This document shows positions 19,801 to 28,436 of a stretch of DNA of 64,000 nucleotides, in pieces. The notes beneath the pieces were generated by a model. It searched no databases. It worked only from the letters and a program-made list of their open reading frames with translations, and had not been told where the DNA came from. This DNA is from Candidatus Cloacimonadota bacterium (GTDB lineage: Bacteria; Cloacimonadota; Cloacimonadia; Cloacimonadales; TCS61). Each line of letters begins with the position of its first letter. The stretch's first letter is position 1. The translations under genes and the position numbers were made by a program. The DNA lies in the NCBI GenBank assembly GCA_023137125.1, contig JAGLPW010000098.1, forward strand, positions 13,751 to 77,750, in the 5' to 3' direction.

Positions 19801-22800
19801 CTCTGTAATTATCGGGATTATGAAGAGGAATTCGGAATAGTCTCCAGCCGTTAAATTCACCTTCCATAAACTCTTCGCCTTCATTCAGACTTACTGTATA
19901 TTCAAAGTAAATATTATCTTCATCCAGAACACCATTATCGTTCAAATCCTCAGAATCGAGTTTTGTATTTCCTTCTGTTCCGTTGATATAAGGATACTCT
20001 TCAGCACCATTTATCACTACCTCTACATTATCAAAATCATCATAAGGGTCATCACCATTCGGGTTACCATCATTATCTTCACCATTAACACCAGGTATCC
20101 TGTCCAATCCTACATCTTCTCCGCCATCATAAATTCCATCAGCTTCTACCAGTCCATCTTCTTTATCGGGTTCATCATTTTCTCCAGGACGATAAAAATC
20201 CTCACTCATTATTCCCAGATCAATATGCATTATTACCGGACGGGTTTCTTGATTGTAGTTAAGTGTATCTACTTTTGCCAGGATCTCGATATATTTCTTT
20301 TTAGAAAAATCTATATCATTACCAATATATTTCATTATGCCTGCCCAATATTTCATGTTTGTTCCGGGCATTCCGATATCGGGAGGTTTTATTTTACATG
20401 CTAATATAGAGACTTTTTCTCTTTCCTCTTTCTCGGTTAAAGAATTGGGATCATAAACATCCCTTGCATACACATCGTTGGGCATATAGTAATTAATATG
20501 AGCTTTACCAAAATCGATAAGATTACCCATTGGCTCAACTGCCGGTCTGCTGGCAAATGACCAGGTACTTCTGGTAATTCCAAGTGGATACATCTCCATA
20601 GTGCTTTCCATATCATCAAGATATGCTTCTTTTTTATCATGCTGTTTATCACTTCCGTATATGCGGGGAAGGCTCATAGCTACTTCCCCTGATAGAGTCA
20701 CAGATGATCTGGTATCAGTTGCTATAAGTGGAAGCCAATCAATGAATTTAGTCATAAATGGTAATTCATAGTCAATTTCTCCATCGATATCAGCCAGGAT
20801 AATACTTCTGTTCTCATTACCTATTTTAGGCCTGTCTTCCCTCACTTTCTCCGATTGATAAACAAAGGTTCCGCCAAGCTTAATATTATCATTAAACTCC
20901 ATATCAGCACGCATTCCAAGAATGGTTTTATTATCCATTGCAAAAAGCGGTTTGAACTGATAATTAATTTTAATCTCTATCTCAGGATCTTTCGCTTCAC
21001 TTGTAAGAAATGTAATCATTCCAAAATCGTAGTCTACAATGAAGTCAATATTCTCTACCAGCTTCCTTTCATCTGTTCCGATCTTGATTATAACACTTTT
21101 TGGTAGAATATTCATCCGCCCAAGTGAAATTTGATCTCTTCCTATCTTACCTTTAACAAAAATGAAATTATTAATTTCATTTGATGGGATATTTTCTTCT
21201 ATATAGATGATCGAGTCATTTAATGAATAAAAGGGTCTTATAAATGGAAAATATATGTAGCCTGCATCGAGGTTTATGGCAGCATCTTCACCATTTATCT
21301 TAAAATCTTTGTTGCTATCCAGTCTTAGATATTCGTTTAGTGTTCTAATACTATCTGTAGTAACTTCCTCGGGGGCATTATAATCTGGTGTTGTACCTCC
21401 AGGAGGCAAAGTGTAAACATTCATTTCAAAGCCATCACTTTTGATATTCTGCATTCCTAAATTGTAAATATTTCTTACTTGCAAGTTCCAGTAATTTTCA
21501 TCATTTGCTTCCTGGTTTCTTATACGCAGCATCTTAGTCTCTACAGGTGAACCAGCATCGTTCCCAACAACTATTCCGTCGTTACGAGTATATGTAATAC
21601 CTATAGAATAAATTTTGTTTATACCTTGTGGCAATGTCATAATTATAATACCGGCTTCATCGTTAACAATATAATCTGTTCCCTCTAGTAGAATATCAAA
21701 ATGATATATGTCTTCTGGATCGTTATAATTCACACCATCAATAGTCATTGTATTATTACTTGCAGATCCGTCATCAAGATAAACTGTAAGTTCTTTGGTC
21801 ATATCGGGAAGCATATTATAGCCATTTTGAGTAAGTTCCCATTTACTAGTAATTGGATCAAGTTTAATTGCGTTATCTTTCCAACCCATTGGATAATCTG
21901 TCCCTTCCTCACCATCTAAATCACTGTAAAGTGAGTACAAAGCAGAGGGTTGTTCAATAAAGTAGTGAGTTCTAGGAACAAAAGCATTACTTCTAAACAC
22001 AGTTGAATCCGCTTGAGAATCACCTGTCCAAGTTTGTGTATTCTTTTTTGCTTCATCTTTACCCATGATCGTAGTTACTCTTAAATTACCAGCCTCGAGT
22101 TGTGTTTTGATACCAAAAAGACCTTCGGATGATGCGCTGTAGCTAATAAATTTTGAACCGGATAATGAGAGAGAAATATTACCTCCATCAATCGTTGTTA
22201 TAATTTCATCTTCATCACCTTCATAATTTATATTGATCTCACTTGGTGTTGGCATTACATTTTCATCGGAAGTAGATTGATGATTTACATTCACATGGAT
22301 CTTCTCACCAATTGTTCCTCTAAGACGCAAGTTAAGATCTTGTCGCATTTCGGGAGTAAAACGGATATTATCATCTCTTTCATCTCCCGGTTCATCACGA
22401 ACAGTTCTTCTACCTGCAAATGTCAATCGCTGACTACCATTAAGATTCAGTCTTCCGGCCTTATCACCCATGAATCTACGTACAGATTTAGGTAGGGCCA
22501 TTTTGGGTAATTTGATAACGATTTCAGGGATCAATCCTTCACTTTGCTCACGATCCTCATCTCCCATAAGTTCCTTACATTTCTTGAGTAATTCTCTTTT
22601 GAAATAGCCATAGAATGCTTCTCTGTAAAAGCTCTCAAGTGATACATATATCGGGGGGTAAAGTTCTATATTATTTAATTCTGCAGTTAGTTTTACAAAT
22701 TGTTCATCATAATCTATCTCTTTATCTGTTTGGATCTGATAAGTGCCCAATTTGTTGTGCGGATAGGCTGTGATAGAAAATCCTTTTTGGAATCTATAAA

Positions 22801-22924
22801 CATCGATTTCGTTATATTTTAATTTAGCTATTCCCCTTATCCTGAATTCCGGTTGGAACCCTTGTGCAAAAGAGAATAAGTAAAACAACAACAATATCGA
22901 GACAATTAATAATTTTTTATTCAT
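16814..22924 (-). CDS. sprA: Giant outer-membrane protein, probably the SprA/Sov-type T9SS translocon
   Basis: 2036 aa. Signal peptide ...FSFAQG. Acidic calcium-site-like segments (DSEDLNDNGVLDEDNIYFEY). Beta-rich throughout, with a terminal aromatic (IEIIF). The window is full of T9SS-CTD cargo. The assignment rests on size and my recollection of the pattern; it was not searched. Confidence 0.55.
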   Translation of the reverse strand: MNKKLLIVSILLLFYLFSFAQGFQPEFRIRGIAKLKYNEIDVYRFQKGFSITAYPHNKLGTYQIQTDKEIDYDEQFVKLTAELNNIELYPPIYVSLESFYREAFYGYFKRELLKKCKELMGDEDREQSEGLIPEIVIKLPKMALPKSVRRFMGDKAGRLNLNGSQRLTFAGRRTVRDEPGDERDDNIRFTPEMRQDLNLRLRGTIGEKIHVNVNHQSTSDENVMPTPSEININYEGDEDEIITTIDGGNISLSLSGSKFISYSASSEGLFGIKTQLEAGNLRVTTIMGKDEAKKNTQTWTGDSQADSTVFRSNAFVPRTHYFIEQPSALYSLYSDLDGEEGTDYPMGWKDNAIKLDPITSKWELTQNGYNMLPDMTKELTVYLDDGSASNNTMTIDGVNYNDPEDIYHFDILLEGTDYIVNDEAGIIIMTLPQGINKIYSIGITYTRNDGIVVGNDAGSPVETKMLRIRNQEANDENYWNLQVRNIYNLGMQNIKSDGFEMNVYTLPPGGTTPDYNAPEEVTTDSIRTLNEYLRLDSNKDFKINGEDAAINLDAGYIYFPFIRPFYSLNDSIIYIEENIPSNEINNFIFVKGKIGRDQISLGRMNILPKSVIIKIGTDERKLVENIDFIVDYDFGMITFLTSEAKDPEIEIKINYQFKPLFAMDNKTILGMRADMEFNDNIKLGGTFVYQSEKVREDRPKIGNENRSIILADIDGEIDYELPFMTKFIDWLPLIATDTRSSVTLSGEVAMSLPRIYGSDKQHDKKEAYLDDMESTMEMYPLGITRSTWSFASRPAVEPMGNLIDFGKAHINYYMPNDVYARDVYDPNSLTEKEEREKVSILACKIKPPDIGMPGTNMKYWAGIMKYIGNDIDFSKKKYIEILAKVDTLNYNQETRPVIMHIDLGIMSEDFYRPGENDEPDKEDGLVEADGIYDGGEDVGLDRIPGVNGEDNDGNPNGDDPYDDFDNVEVVINGAEEYPYINGTEGNTKLDSEDLNDNGVLDEDNIYFEYTVSLNEGEEFMEGEFNGWRLFRIPLHNPDNYRVITDNANEVPNIKKISFSRIWFEVEDSTRVRIVNLDIVGNKWEEGFIKNKDGTVATDDTEIMQVGIADNQSGQHYTPAPHTVIEEKGEATLEQSLTIDYNNMDIDKHGLVTQYFLDSYNLLAYNKIRYWVYAEKPIEGYSPLEQDSLIIRLGADSVNYYEIKQPLDLQEYSSVMNEDGWNEIEIEFSKFTQLKNLDSRKDVFYYIGDIKLSKVGNPSLSDIREMSLGLEASNQFSGRIYFDDIRVADPYEDFGFATDVNFSTNFADFSTFSIGLEYRSENFQSSARRTTDMSFIQQTNLDISNRINLNKFMPAEWGFNIPLNLTRAHSIGIPRFKAGSDILREDLLDEDKERETNNNLSYRADLSITQTKTPKSKILAYTIKNTTLSGNIQKTFVTNAARADTTLSYTLKHDYNFTIPKEKIDIGLFSNYKFHFFPHSISNSLTLRNTDPLAWRWDTYTDSIPHWVTNTNLFKTRVFETTSGIDYDIFSDITTSYDLITKRDLMLKNYWKGYNIGEEKERTQTIAIGFDPKYLDNIFSFNADASVVYDDDHVKSGTQDTLYYRGGINRRIGGDFTLKNQDMLRDLASWLDKKFSETVDGEEISEPEQEQAQEHIEEEKELFEQREISTPFGGDDPKDEFEKFENGEIGDSNGDEDLKDGSPEDLEKGEENGQQEPVQEAEQMTMPERKSNPFASIVSYISGLSNIRVSYDNAYRTTYEDRFERPNFLYQLGLPHILSEEGENKEIIIKVVSDNYSTSASFPIIRNLSANFGYSKEIIKTISNNSTEKRSTTFPNVSVTLTEFEKLIRADKILTSSRLTSSYVYSETLDGDIDFIAADTESKRVNLTPLISWHGNWVHNITSSFSLNYSDLENISHRVSYDDIRHTVTQSMNGNLSWSFSNPKGVRILFFKRTNMKNEFTTDVAFSMGKEKTTRKGQEEKITEINRESYSVTPGASYKFSKSITAGLTSEYEWSKDKKRGTTSSMFRLSIWIEIIF

Positions 22925-22932
22925 CTATTTAT

Positions 22933-23706
22933 TTATTTGCAACAGATTAGATTCAATCCATCCAAAGTTAAGTTTTTATCAATAATATCAATTTCTTTTG
23001 AATCATTGCAGATCAACTCGGCAATTCCGCCTGTAGCAATAGTTTTTATAGTTCCAAGATTCTTATACTCTTTTTTTAGAGCTTTGATAAATCCATCCAG
23101 CATAAGTAAATTTCCTGTAATAATACCGGAAAGCAAGGCATCTGTTGTATTCATTCCCAATAAATGTTCCGGCTTTTGTAGTTGTACATTCGAGAGGAGA
23201 GCAGTTGAATCGAAGAGATTCTTGGCAGAAGTAATTACACCAGGTGCTATTATGGTTCCAAAAAAATGACCATCCTTTCCAACTAATTGAATTGTAGTTG
23301 CTGTTCCAAAATCACAAATGATACAATTAGTTTTGTATTTTGTTATTGCTGAGAATGCATTTACCACAAGATCTGAGCCAATGAAACCGGGATCTTCCAT
23401 AGAAAATTTTAATCCAAGTTCAGAATATGCATTAATAATTTCAAAATCACATTTTAGGTATTTTTTTATTAGATGAGAAAATATCCGTGTAATTTCCGGC
23501 ACAACAGATGAGATCGTGGATTTATTAATTTGAGATAGTATTAATTTGCGGTCATCTGCTAATTGCTTGATAATACTGAAGTATTCATCTTCCGTTTTTG
23601 CTTTATCCGTATTTAAACGCCATGTGTATAGGCATTCAGTATTGGAATAAAAACCCATTACAATATGTGTGTTTCCAATATCAATTACCATATTAATATT
23701 CTTCAT
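22933..23706 (-). CDS. coaX: Type III pantothenate kinase
   Basis: 257 aa. Motifs: VIDIGNTHIVMG, CDFGTATT, IATGG. Confidence 0.85.
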   Translation of the reverse strand: MKNINMVIDIGNTHIVMGFYSNTECLYTWRLNTDKAKTEDEYFSIIKQLADDRKLILSQINKSTISSVVPEITRIFSHLIKKYLKCDFEIINAYSELGLKFSMEDPGFIGSDLVVNAFSAITKYKTNCIICDFGTATTIQLVGKDGHFFGTIIAPGVITSAKNLFDSTALLSNVQLQKPEHLLGMNTTDALLSGIITGNLLMLDGFIKALKKEYKNLGTIKTIATGGIAELICNDSKEIDIIDKNLTLDGLNLICCK

Positions 23707-23858
23707 AAAATTCCTTCCTCTAATTATTAATACATAAATTAGAATATGATAAAAATTGTAAAATAATAATTAATAATATTAATACTTCATAAATATTGAA
23801 ACATTTGGAAAAATCTGTACAGTTCATATCTTGTCAACTAAAGAATAGCACTCATAAT

Positions 23859-23892
23859 AAAAAAAGCCGACAATTAAGCCGGCTTTCTTTTT
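23859..23892 (-). terminator. Rho-independent (bidirectional-looking) terminator, stem AAAGCCG/CGGCTTT
   Basis: Hairpin flanked by an A-run and a T-run. Lies directly downstream of the ferredoxin gene on the minus strand. Confidence 0.7.
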
Positions 23893-23906
23893 AATAAATT
23901 CTTAGA

Positions 23907-24077
23907 TTATAATGTGATCGCTTCTGTAGGACAAGAATCAAGACATGCACCACAATCAACACATTTCTCTGCATCAACAACAGCTTTATCGTCTTTCATT
24001 TCAAGAGCTTCCGTAGGGCATGTATCGATACATGCACCACAACCAATACAAGTTTCGGCATTAATTATTACAGACAT
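23907..24077 (-). CDS. 2x[4Fe-4S] ferredoxin, 56 aa (not in the ORF track; below the size cut-off)
   Basis: My own translation: MSVIINAETCIGCGACIDTCPTEALEMKDDKAVVDAEKCVDCGACLDSCPTEAITL. It has two CxxCxxCxxxCP motifs and a GGAGG RBS 7 nt upstream. The tracked plus-strand ORF 23914-24102 is its antisense shadow. Confidence 0.9.
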   Translation of the reverse strand: MSVIINAETCIGCGACIDTCPTEALEMKDDKAVVDAEKCVDCGACLDSCPTEAITL

Positions 24078-24167
24078 TTTATTCCTCCATCAATCAATTT
24101 GAAGCAAAAATTATTATTCTTTAATTTTGTTCAAGTTATTTTTATAATATTATTTTTTCTGTTTTTA

Positions 24168-24923
24168 TTATTTTGTTAAATTAAAGAAATCACAACCATT
24201 TCCATATGATAACTCAGCAATTTTTTTTGGTGTTACTCCTCTAATTTCCGAGATTTTTTCTATTATATATTGTAAATTTAAGGGTGAATTTCTTTTCCCT
24301 CTTTGTGGATGAGGTGAAAGATATGGTGAATCTGTTTCGATAAAGAATTTATCTTCCGGCACTAATCTTATTATGTTTTCCATGTTTGAATTTTTGTAAG
24401 TAACCGTTCCGGTAAAGGAGATATACCAACCTTTTCCTATTAACTTCTGTGCAAAAACTTCATCACCAGAAAAACAATGAAAAACAACATTTTTTACATT
24501 ATTTCTGCATAAAATGTCATAACAATCTTCGTGTGCATCTCTGTCGTGAACAATAATGGGCATATCTAATTCTAAAGCAATTTTTATCTGCTGTTCAAAT
24601 ACTTTTTTCTGCACATCTTTAGGAGATAGATTTCGATAATAATCTAATCCGATCTCTCCTATCGCAATTACTTTGGGATGTTTTGCTTTCTGGAGGATGA
24701 ACTCAGCATTAAAATCTGTTGCATCATGCGGATGAAATCCTACTGATGCATAGATTCGATCATATTTTTCTGCCAAGTTTATACTTGCATTACAGGTTTT
24801 CTCATCAACTCCAATATTGAGTATATATTCAATACCGCTATTAAAGCATTTTTTTAGAAGTTGCTCTCTATCTTTATCAAAATGTTGGAAATCAAGATGT
24901 GCATGTGTTTCAAATATTTTCAT
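24168..24923 (-). CDS. tatD: TatD-family metal-dependent hydrolase/DNase
   Basis: 251 aa. Motifs THAHLDF, GEIGLDY, HCFSG, ETDSPYL. Confidence 0.85.
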   Translation of the reverse strand: MKIFETHAHLDFQHFDKDREQLLKKCFNSGIEYILNIGVDEKTCNASINLAEKYDRIYASVGFHPHDATDFNAEFILQKAKHPKVIAIGEIGLDYYRNLSPKDVQKKVFEQQIKIALELDMPIIVHDRDAHEDCYDILCRNNVKNVVFHCFSGDEVFAQKLIGKGWYISFTGTVTYKNSNMENIIRLVPEDKFFIETDSPYLSPHPQRGKRNSPLNLQYIIEKISEIRGVTPKKIAELSYGNGCDFFNLTK

Positions 24924-24924
24924 A

Positions 24925-26313
24925 TTACCTCTTATTATTTTCAGCCGGATGCAGGATCATCATTATAAGATCTATCTTATATTCTTTACTTACATGAAAA
25001 AAAATCTCTGCAATATCACATGAACCCGTCTGCGTTCTAGCTACTAAAAAGCCCTTAAACTCTATCGTTCCACTTATTTTTTTTATACTGTCAATTCCGA
25101 AATATACCGTTCTATCATTCCAATATTCATTAAGAAGAAGTAGAATGTCGGAATAAGAATCTGTTTCATAAAGTTCACGTTTATCAGAATAAACAACAAG
25201 TGTTGAAGATGCTTCATCGTGAATCAACAGGAAATTCATGAGTTTGGAACCAATAGCACGATGTTCATAAATAAGTTGTGGAAGATAATTTGCTATATGT
25301 GAAATTTCAGTTTCAGATAAACTAGACATATCAATATTATCAGATCCCAATTTTATTTTCTTTCCATCTAATTCCAGATCATTTAGTGGAAATATATTTA
25401 TCATATCAACACCTTTCTCCAATTCAAAAGAAATATCTCCATCCAATTTATCTTCAAATTTATCAATTTCAAGATACCAGATATTCTTTTCATTTGAGAT
25501 CGAATGGTTGGGAAATTCCAGTGCAAGAAATTCGTGAATATCTTTAATTTTATTATGTAGAAGTTCACGTCGCGGAGGTGTTTCAAAATAATTTCTTATA
25601 TATTCAGCAAGTGTGAGGTCTTTAATTTGTGTTTTTATCTCTTCTTTTTCCGGTTCAATAATTGGAGGAAAATATTTTTCACTTTTAGTAAACTCACATT
25701 TTCTAATTTCCGAGATAATTTCTTTAATATTATAAACCTGAGGAAATGATATCATAAAATCACTCATTTTATCTGAAATAAATATAAATCCCAATGTATC
25801 TACATTTGTTATTAATTCCACAGGTTGTAATTTAAGTCTGGGAATTGGACGTTCTTCCCACATGAGATCCAGAGCATTCTCACCAATTTGTTCTTTGTAT
25901 TCCAAAATAATTTTATTGTGATCTACAAGATCGGTTATGAACATCTTATCATTACAATTCAAACGATAGATAAAGCTTTCAATAAAATTAATATAAGAAT
26001 TTATTTGTTGTTCATCATCTATATAAAACAAAAAGGGGACTATCTCTCTTTGAGAGCTGATCTTCCAATTCTCCCAGTCATACTCCACATTGATCTCTCG
26101 ACCATTTTTATATAGAAAGCTCCTGACTATTTTTTCACTGGTAAAACCTGCTGGGAGATCACCATCAAGTTTTTCTGATTCAAGCCACGATCTATATAAT
26201 TCATACTGATAAGAATTAATAAAGTCACTTGCTTTGGGTTCAAAACCATACAACTTTATAGTAATGAAAACAAATATCGTCATTATTAGAAGCTTATTAA
26301 ATTTATTTGACAT
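24925..26313 (-). CDS. Hypothetical exported or membrane-anchored protein
   Basis: 462 aa with an N-terminal hydrophobic segment. No motif recognised. Confidence 0.5.
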   Translation of the reverse strand: MSNKFNKLLIMTIFVFITIKLYGFEPKASDFINSYQYELYRSWLESEKLDGDLPAGFTSEKIVRSFLYKNGREINVEYDWENWKISSQREIVPFLFYIDDEQQINSYINFIESFIYRLNCNDKMFITDLVDHNKIILEYKEQIGENALDLMWEERPIPRLKLQPVELITNVDTLGFIFISDKMSDFMISFPQVYNIKEIISEIRKCEFTKSEKYFPPIIEPEKEEIKTQIKDLTLAEYIRNYFETPPRRELLHNKIKDIHEFLALEFPNHSISNEKNIWYLEIDKFEDKLDGDISFELEKGVDMINIFPLNDLELDGKKIKLGSDNIDMSSLSETEISHIANYLPQLIYEHRAIGSKLMNFLLIHDEASSTLVVYSDKRELYETDSYSDILLLLNEYWNDRTVYFGIDSIKKISGTIEFKGFLVARTQTGSCDIAEIFFHVSKEYKIDLIMMILHPAENNKR

Positions 26314-26394
26314 AACTATCCTGCTTCACTTTTGTGAACAAGTAAATTGAGTAAGTTAAAAGAGGTCAACCAAATCTATATTTAGGAGCGAATT

Positions 26395-26679
26395 ATGATG
26401 ATCGCTGAAAAAGATAAAAAGAGAATAATGGAATTTTATGAACTAAGTGGAGGAAACTTCAACCTGCGAAAATACCATAAACCAGTTCTGGTTTATGATA
26501 TTGACGATGACAAGGTTAGGTATTCTCTTTGGGAAGAAGAAATCTTGGAAAGATATGGGTTGAAGAACGTGGATGGTTGGGATCACACAGAAAATGTAGC
26601 TTTCTGCCCGGACTGGATGCAGGGTGAAGAAGATGATGATGATCTTGAAGATATTGATCTGGATGATGACGATCTGTAA
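26395..26679 (+). CDS. Small hypothetical protein with a strongly acidic tail
   Basis: 94 aa. AGGAG RBS. C-terminus GEEDDDDLEDIDLDDDDL. Followed by a terminator. Confidence 0.5.
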   Translation: MMIAEKDKKRIMEFYELSGGNFNLRKYHKPVLVYDIDDDKVRYSLWEEEILERYGLKNVDGWDHTENVAFCPDWMQGEEDDDDLEDIDLDDDDL

Positions 26680-26700
26680 TTAATAATTTTATAATTATAC

Positions 26701-26735
26701 AAAAAAGCCGCTCTAAATTGGAGCGGTTTTTTTTA
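26701..26735. terminator. Bidirectional rho-independent terminator (stem CCGCTC/GAGCGG between A6 and T8 runs)
   Basis: Lies between convergent genes 26395-26679 (+) and 26845-27951 (-). Confidence 0.75.
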
Positions 26736-26844
26736 TTCAATATATTCGTTAATCCTTCCTTAAAAGAACAACGTGGAAGATTCCAACCTAAGGCGGGTAA
26801 ACGTCAGGATGACGAAAGAATATACTCTTTAATATTTTACTTAT

Positions 26845-27951
26845 TTATATTAATTGGAAGAAAAGTTCAATTCCTATATCTATTGCTTTTTCGTCAGGAA
26901 GGAATTGAGGTGAATGTAGATCAGCATTATCGTCTTCATTCCCAACTCCCAGCCAGAAAAGAAGACCACTATATTTTTCAGTAAAAAATCCAAAATCTTC
27001 TCCTGTGAAAACCTTCTCGGCTTCTTTGAATATTATCCCCATTTCTTCCGCTTTTCTTTTAAGTTTTCTAAATAGTATTTCATCATTGATAACTTCCTTG
27101 TAATAAGCTTTGTAAATTATCTCTGTATCAACTCCATACTTTTTTGCAATTTTAGATTTCACATTTTCTATTAAAGCTTTTAGAATCTCATGATTTTCAT
27201 TTGTGTATGCACGGAAAGTTCCTTCCAATCTACATTCCGCAGGAACAGCATTCATCACAACACCAGCATTCATTTTACCAAATGCACAAATCACTGGTTT
27301 CCCAATTGGGAATTCTTTTCTTATTTCATTCTCAAGTTCAAGGTAAAATTCTACTCCAGTAGTAAGTGCATTTATCCCTTTTTCAGCAAAAGCAACATGT
27401 GCACTTTTGCCATTGAACACAACCTCTATCTCCTGTGTATTGGCAAAAAATATTCCTGTTTTAGAAGCTGTTTCACCTGTTTTCATTTCACCATTCACAT
27501 GCAGAGCATAAGTTTCTGAAATATCAAATTTATCCAAGATCTTTGTATTTAAAATGCGTGTTGCTCCGCCTTTTCCCTCTTCGGCAGGTTGAAACAAAAA
27601 CAATAGATTCTCACGAACATTTTCAGTAATAACTTTCTCAATTAGCCCAATGAGTATTGTCATGTGCATATCGTGACCACAAGCATGCATTTTTCCTTTA
27701 TGTTCCGAAGAAAAATCGCAATTTGTATCCTCGGTAATTGGAAGTCCATCCATATCTGCTCTGAAAAGTTTGTACTTCCCGTTCCCATGTGAATATTCAA
27801 CTAATATCCCCGGGAAATTGAATGTGTGGATATTCAACCCATTGAGGTTCCCTAATAATTGCAAAATATACTTTTGTGTTTTTATTTCCTCAAATCCAAG
27901 TTCAGGAATTTTATGCAGCTCTTTTCTAATACTGATAAGATCAAACATCAT
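26845..27951 (-). CDS. M20-family amidohydrolase (N-acyl-amino-acid / N-acetyldiaminopimelate deacetylase type)
   Basis: 368 aa. Motifs RADMDGLP, MHACGHDMH, QPAEEGKGGA. Confidence 0.8.
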   Translation of the reverse strand: MMFDLISIRKELHKIPELGFEEIKTQKYILQLLGNLNGLNIHTFNFPGILVEYSHGNGKYKLFRADMDGLPITEDTNCDFSSEHKGKMHACGHDMHMTILIGLIEKVITENVRENLLFLFQPAEEGKGGATRILNTKILDKFDISETYALHVNGEMKTGETASKTGIFFANTQEIEVVFNGKSAHVAFAEKGINALTTGVEFYLELENEIRKEFPIGKPVICAFGKMNAGVVMNAVPAECRLEGTFRAYTNENHEILKALIENVKSKIAKKYGVDTEIIYKAYYKEVINDEILFRKLKRKAEEMGIIFKEAEKVFTGEDFGFFTEKYSGLLFWLGVGNEDDNADLHSPQFLPDEKAIDIGIELFFQLI

Positions 27952-28069
27952 ATTATCCTTTTATTTAATTCTATTTTAGAATTGTGAGTTGTTGGAAATT
28001 CTGTCAATCAAATCATTTACTTGACATGCAAACGGGTGCAAAATTTTCATAGCTATCGTTAATAGTTGT

Positions 28070-28146
28070 GCCCCCGTAGCTCAGCTGGATAGAGCAGTTC
28101 CCTCCTAAGGAAAAGGTCACCTGTTCAAATCGGGTCGGGGGTACCA
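28070..28146 (+). tRNA. tRNA-Arg (anticodon CCT), CCA encoded
   Basis: Folded by hand. Acceptor GCCCCCG/CGGGGGU (G1-U72). D arm GCTC-AGCTGGATA-GAGC. Anticodon loop CTCCTAA. T arm ACCTG-TTCAAAT-CGGGT. 3' end ACCA. Confidence 0.85.
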
Positions 28147-28436
28147 AGCCGTTCATAATCCTATTTGTAACAATATCAATACCTTACATGAACAAATAAA
28201 TAAGATATAATTTGACATAAAAATAATTTATTAATATCTGTTGATATGTTGATTTAGGAATTTCTATGGTTTAAGGGTGATCTTGTGAAACTGAATATTG
28301 AAAGATTATTGGAGTGCCTTATGATATCTATTTTTTCCAACCATCTGAAGGTTACATTTCCTAATATCATATCAAACCAGCATTATAAAAAAGTTTCCAA
28401 TTATGCATTTGAGAAAATTAGTATCATATTAAAATT

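Noticed and set aside
26718-26984. 88-aa plus-strand ORF after the bidirectional terminator
   Set aside because: It starts inside the terminator hairpin and runs antisense into the M20 amidohydrolase gene. There is no RBS.
28021-28050. Sigma-70 promoter for tRNA-Arg (TTGACA at 28021-28026)
   Set aside because: The -35 hexamer is perfect. However, no convincing TATAAT-like -10 lies 16-18 nt downstream (TTTCAT at best). I did not report it as a feature.
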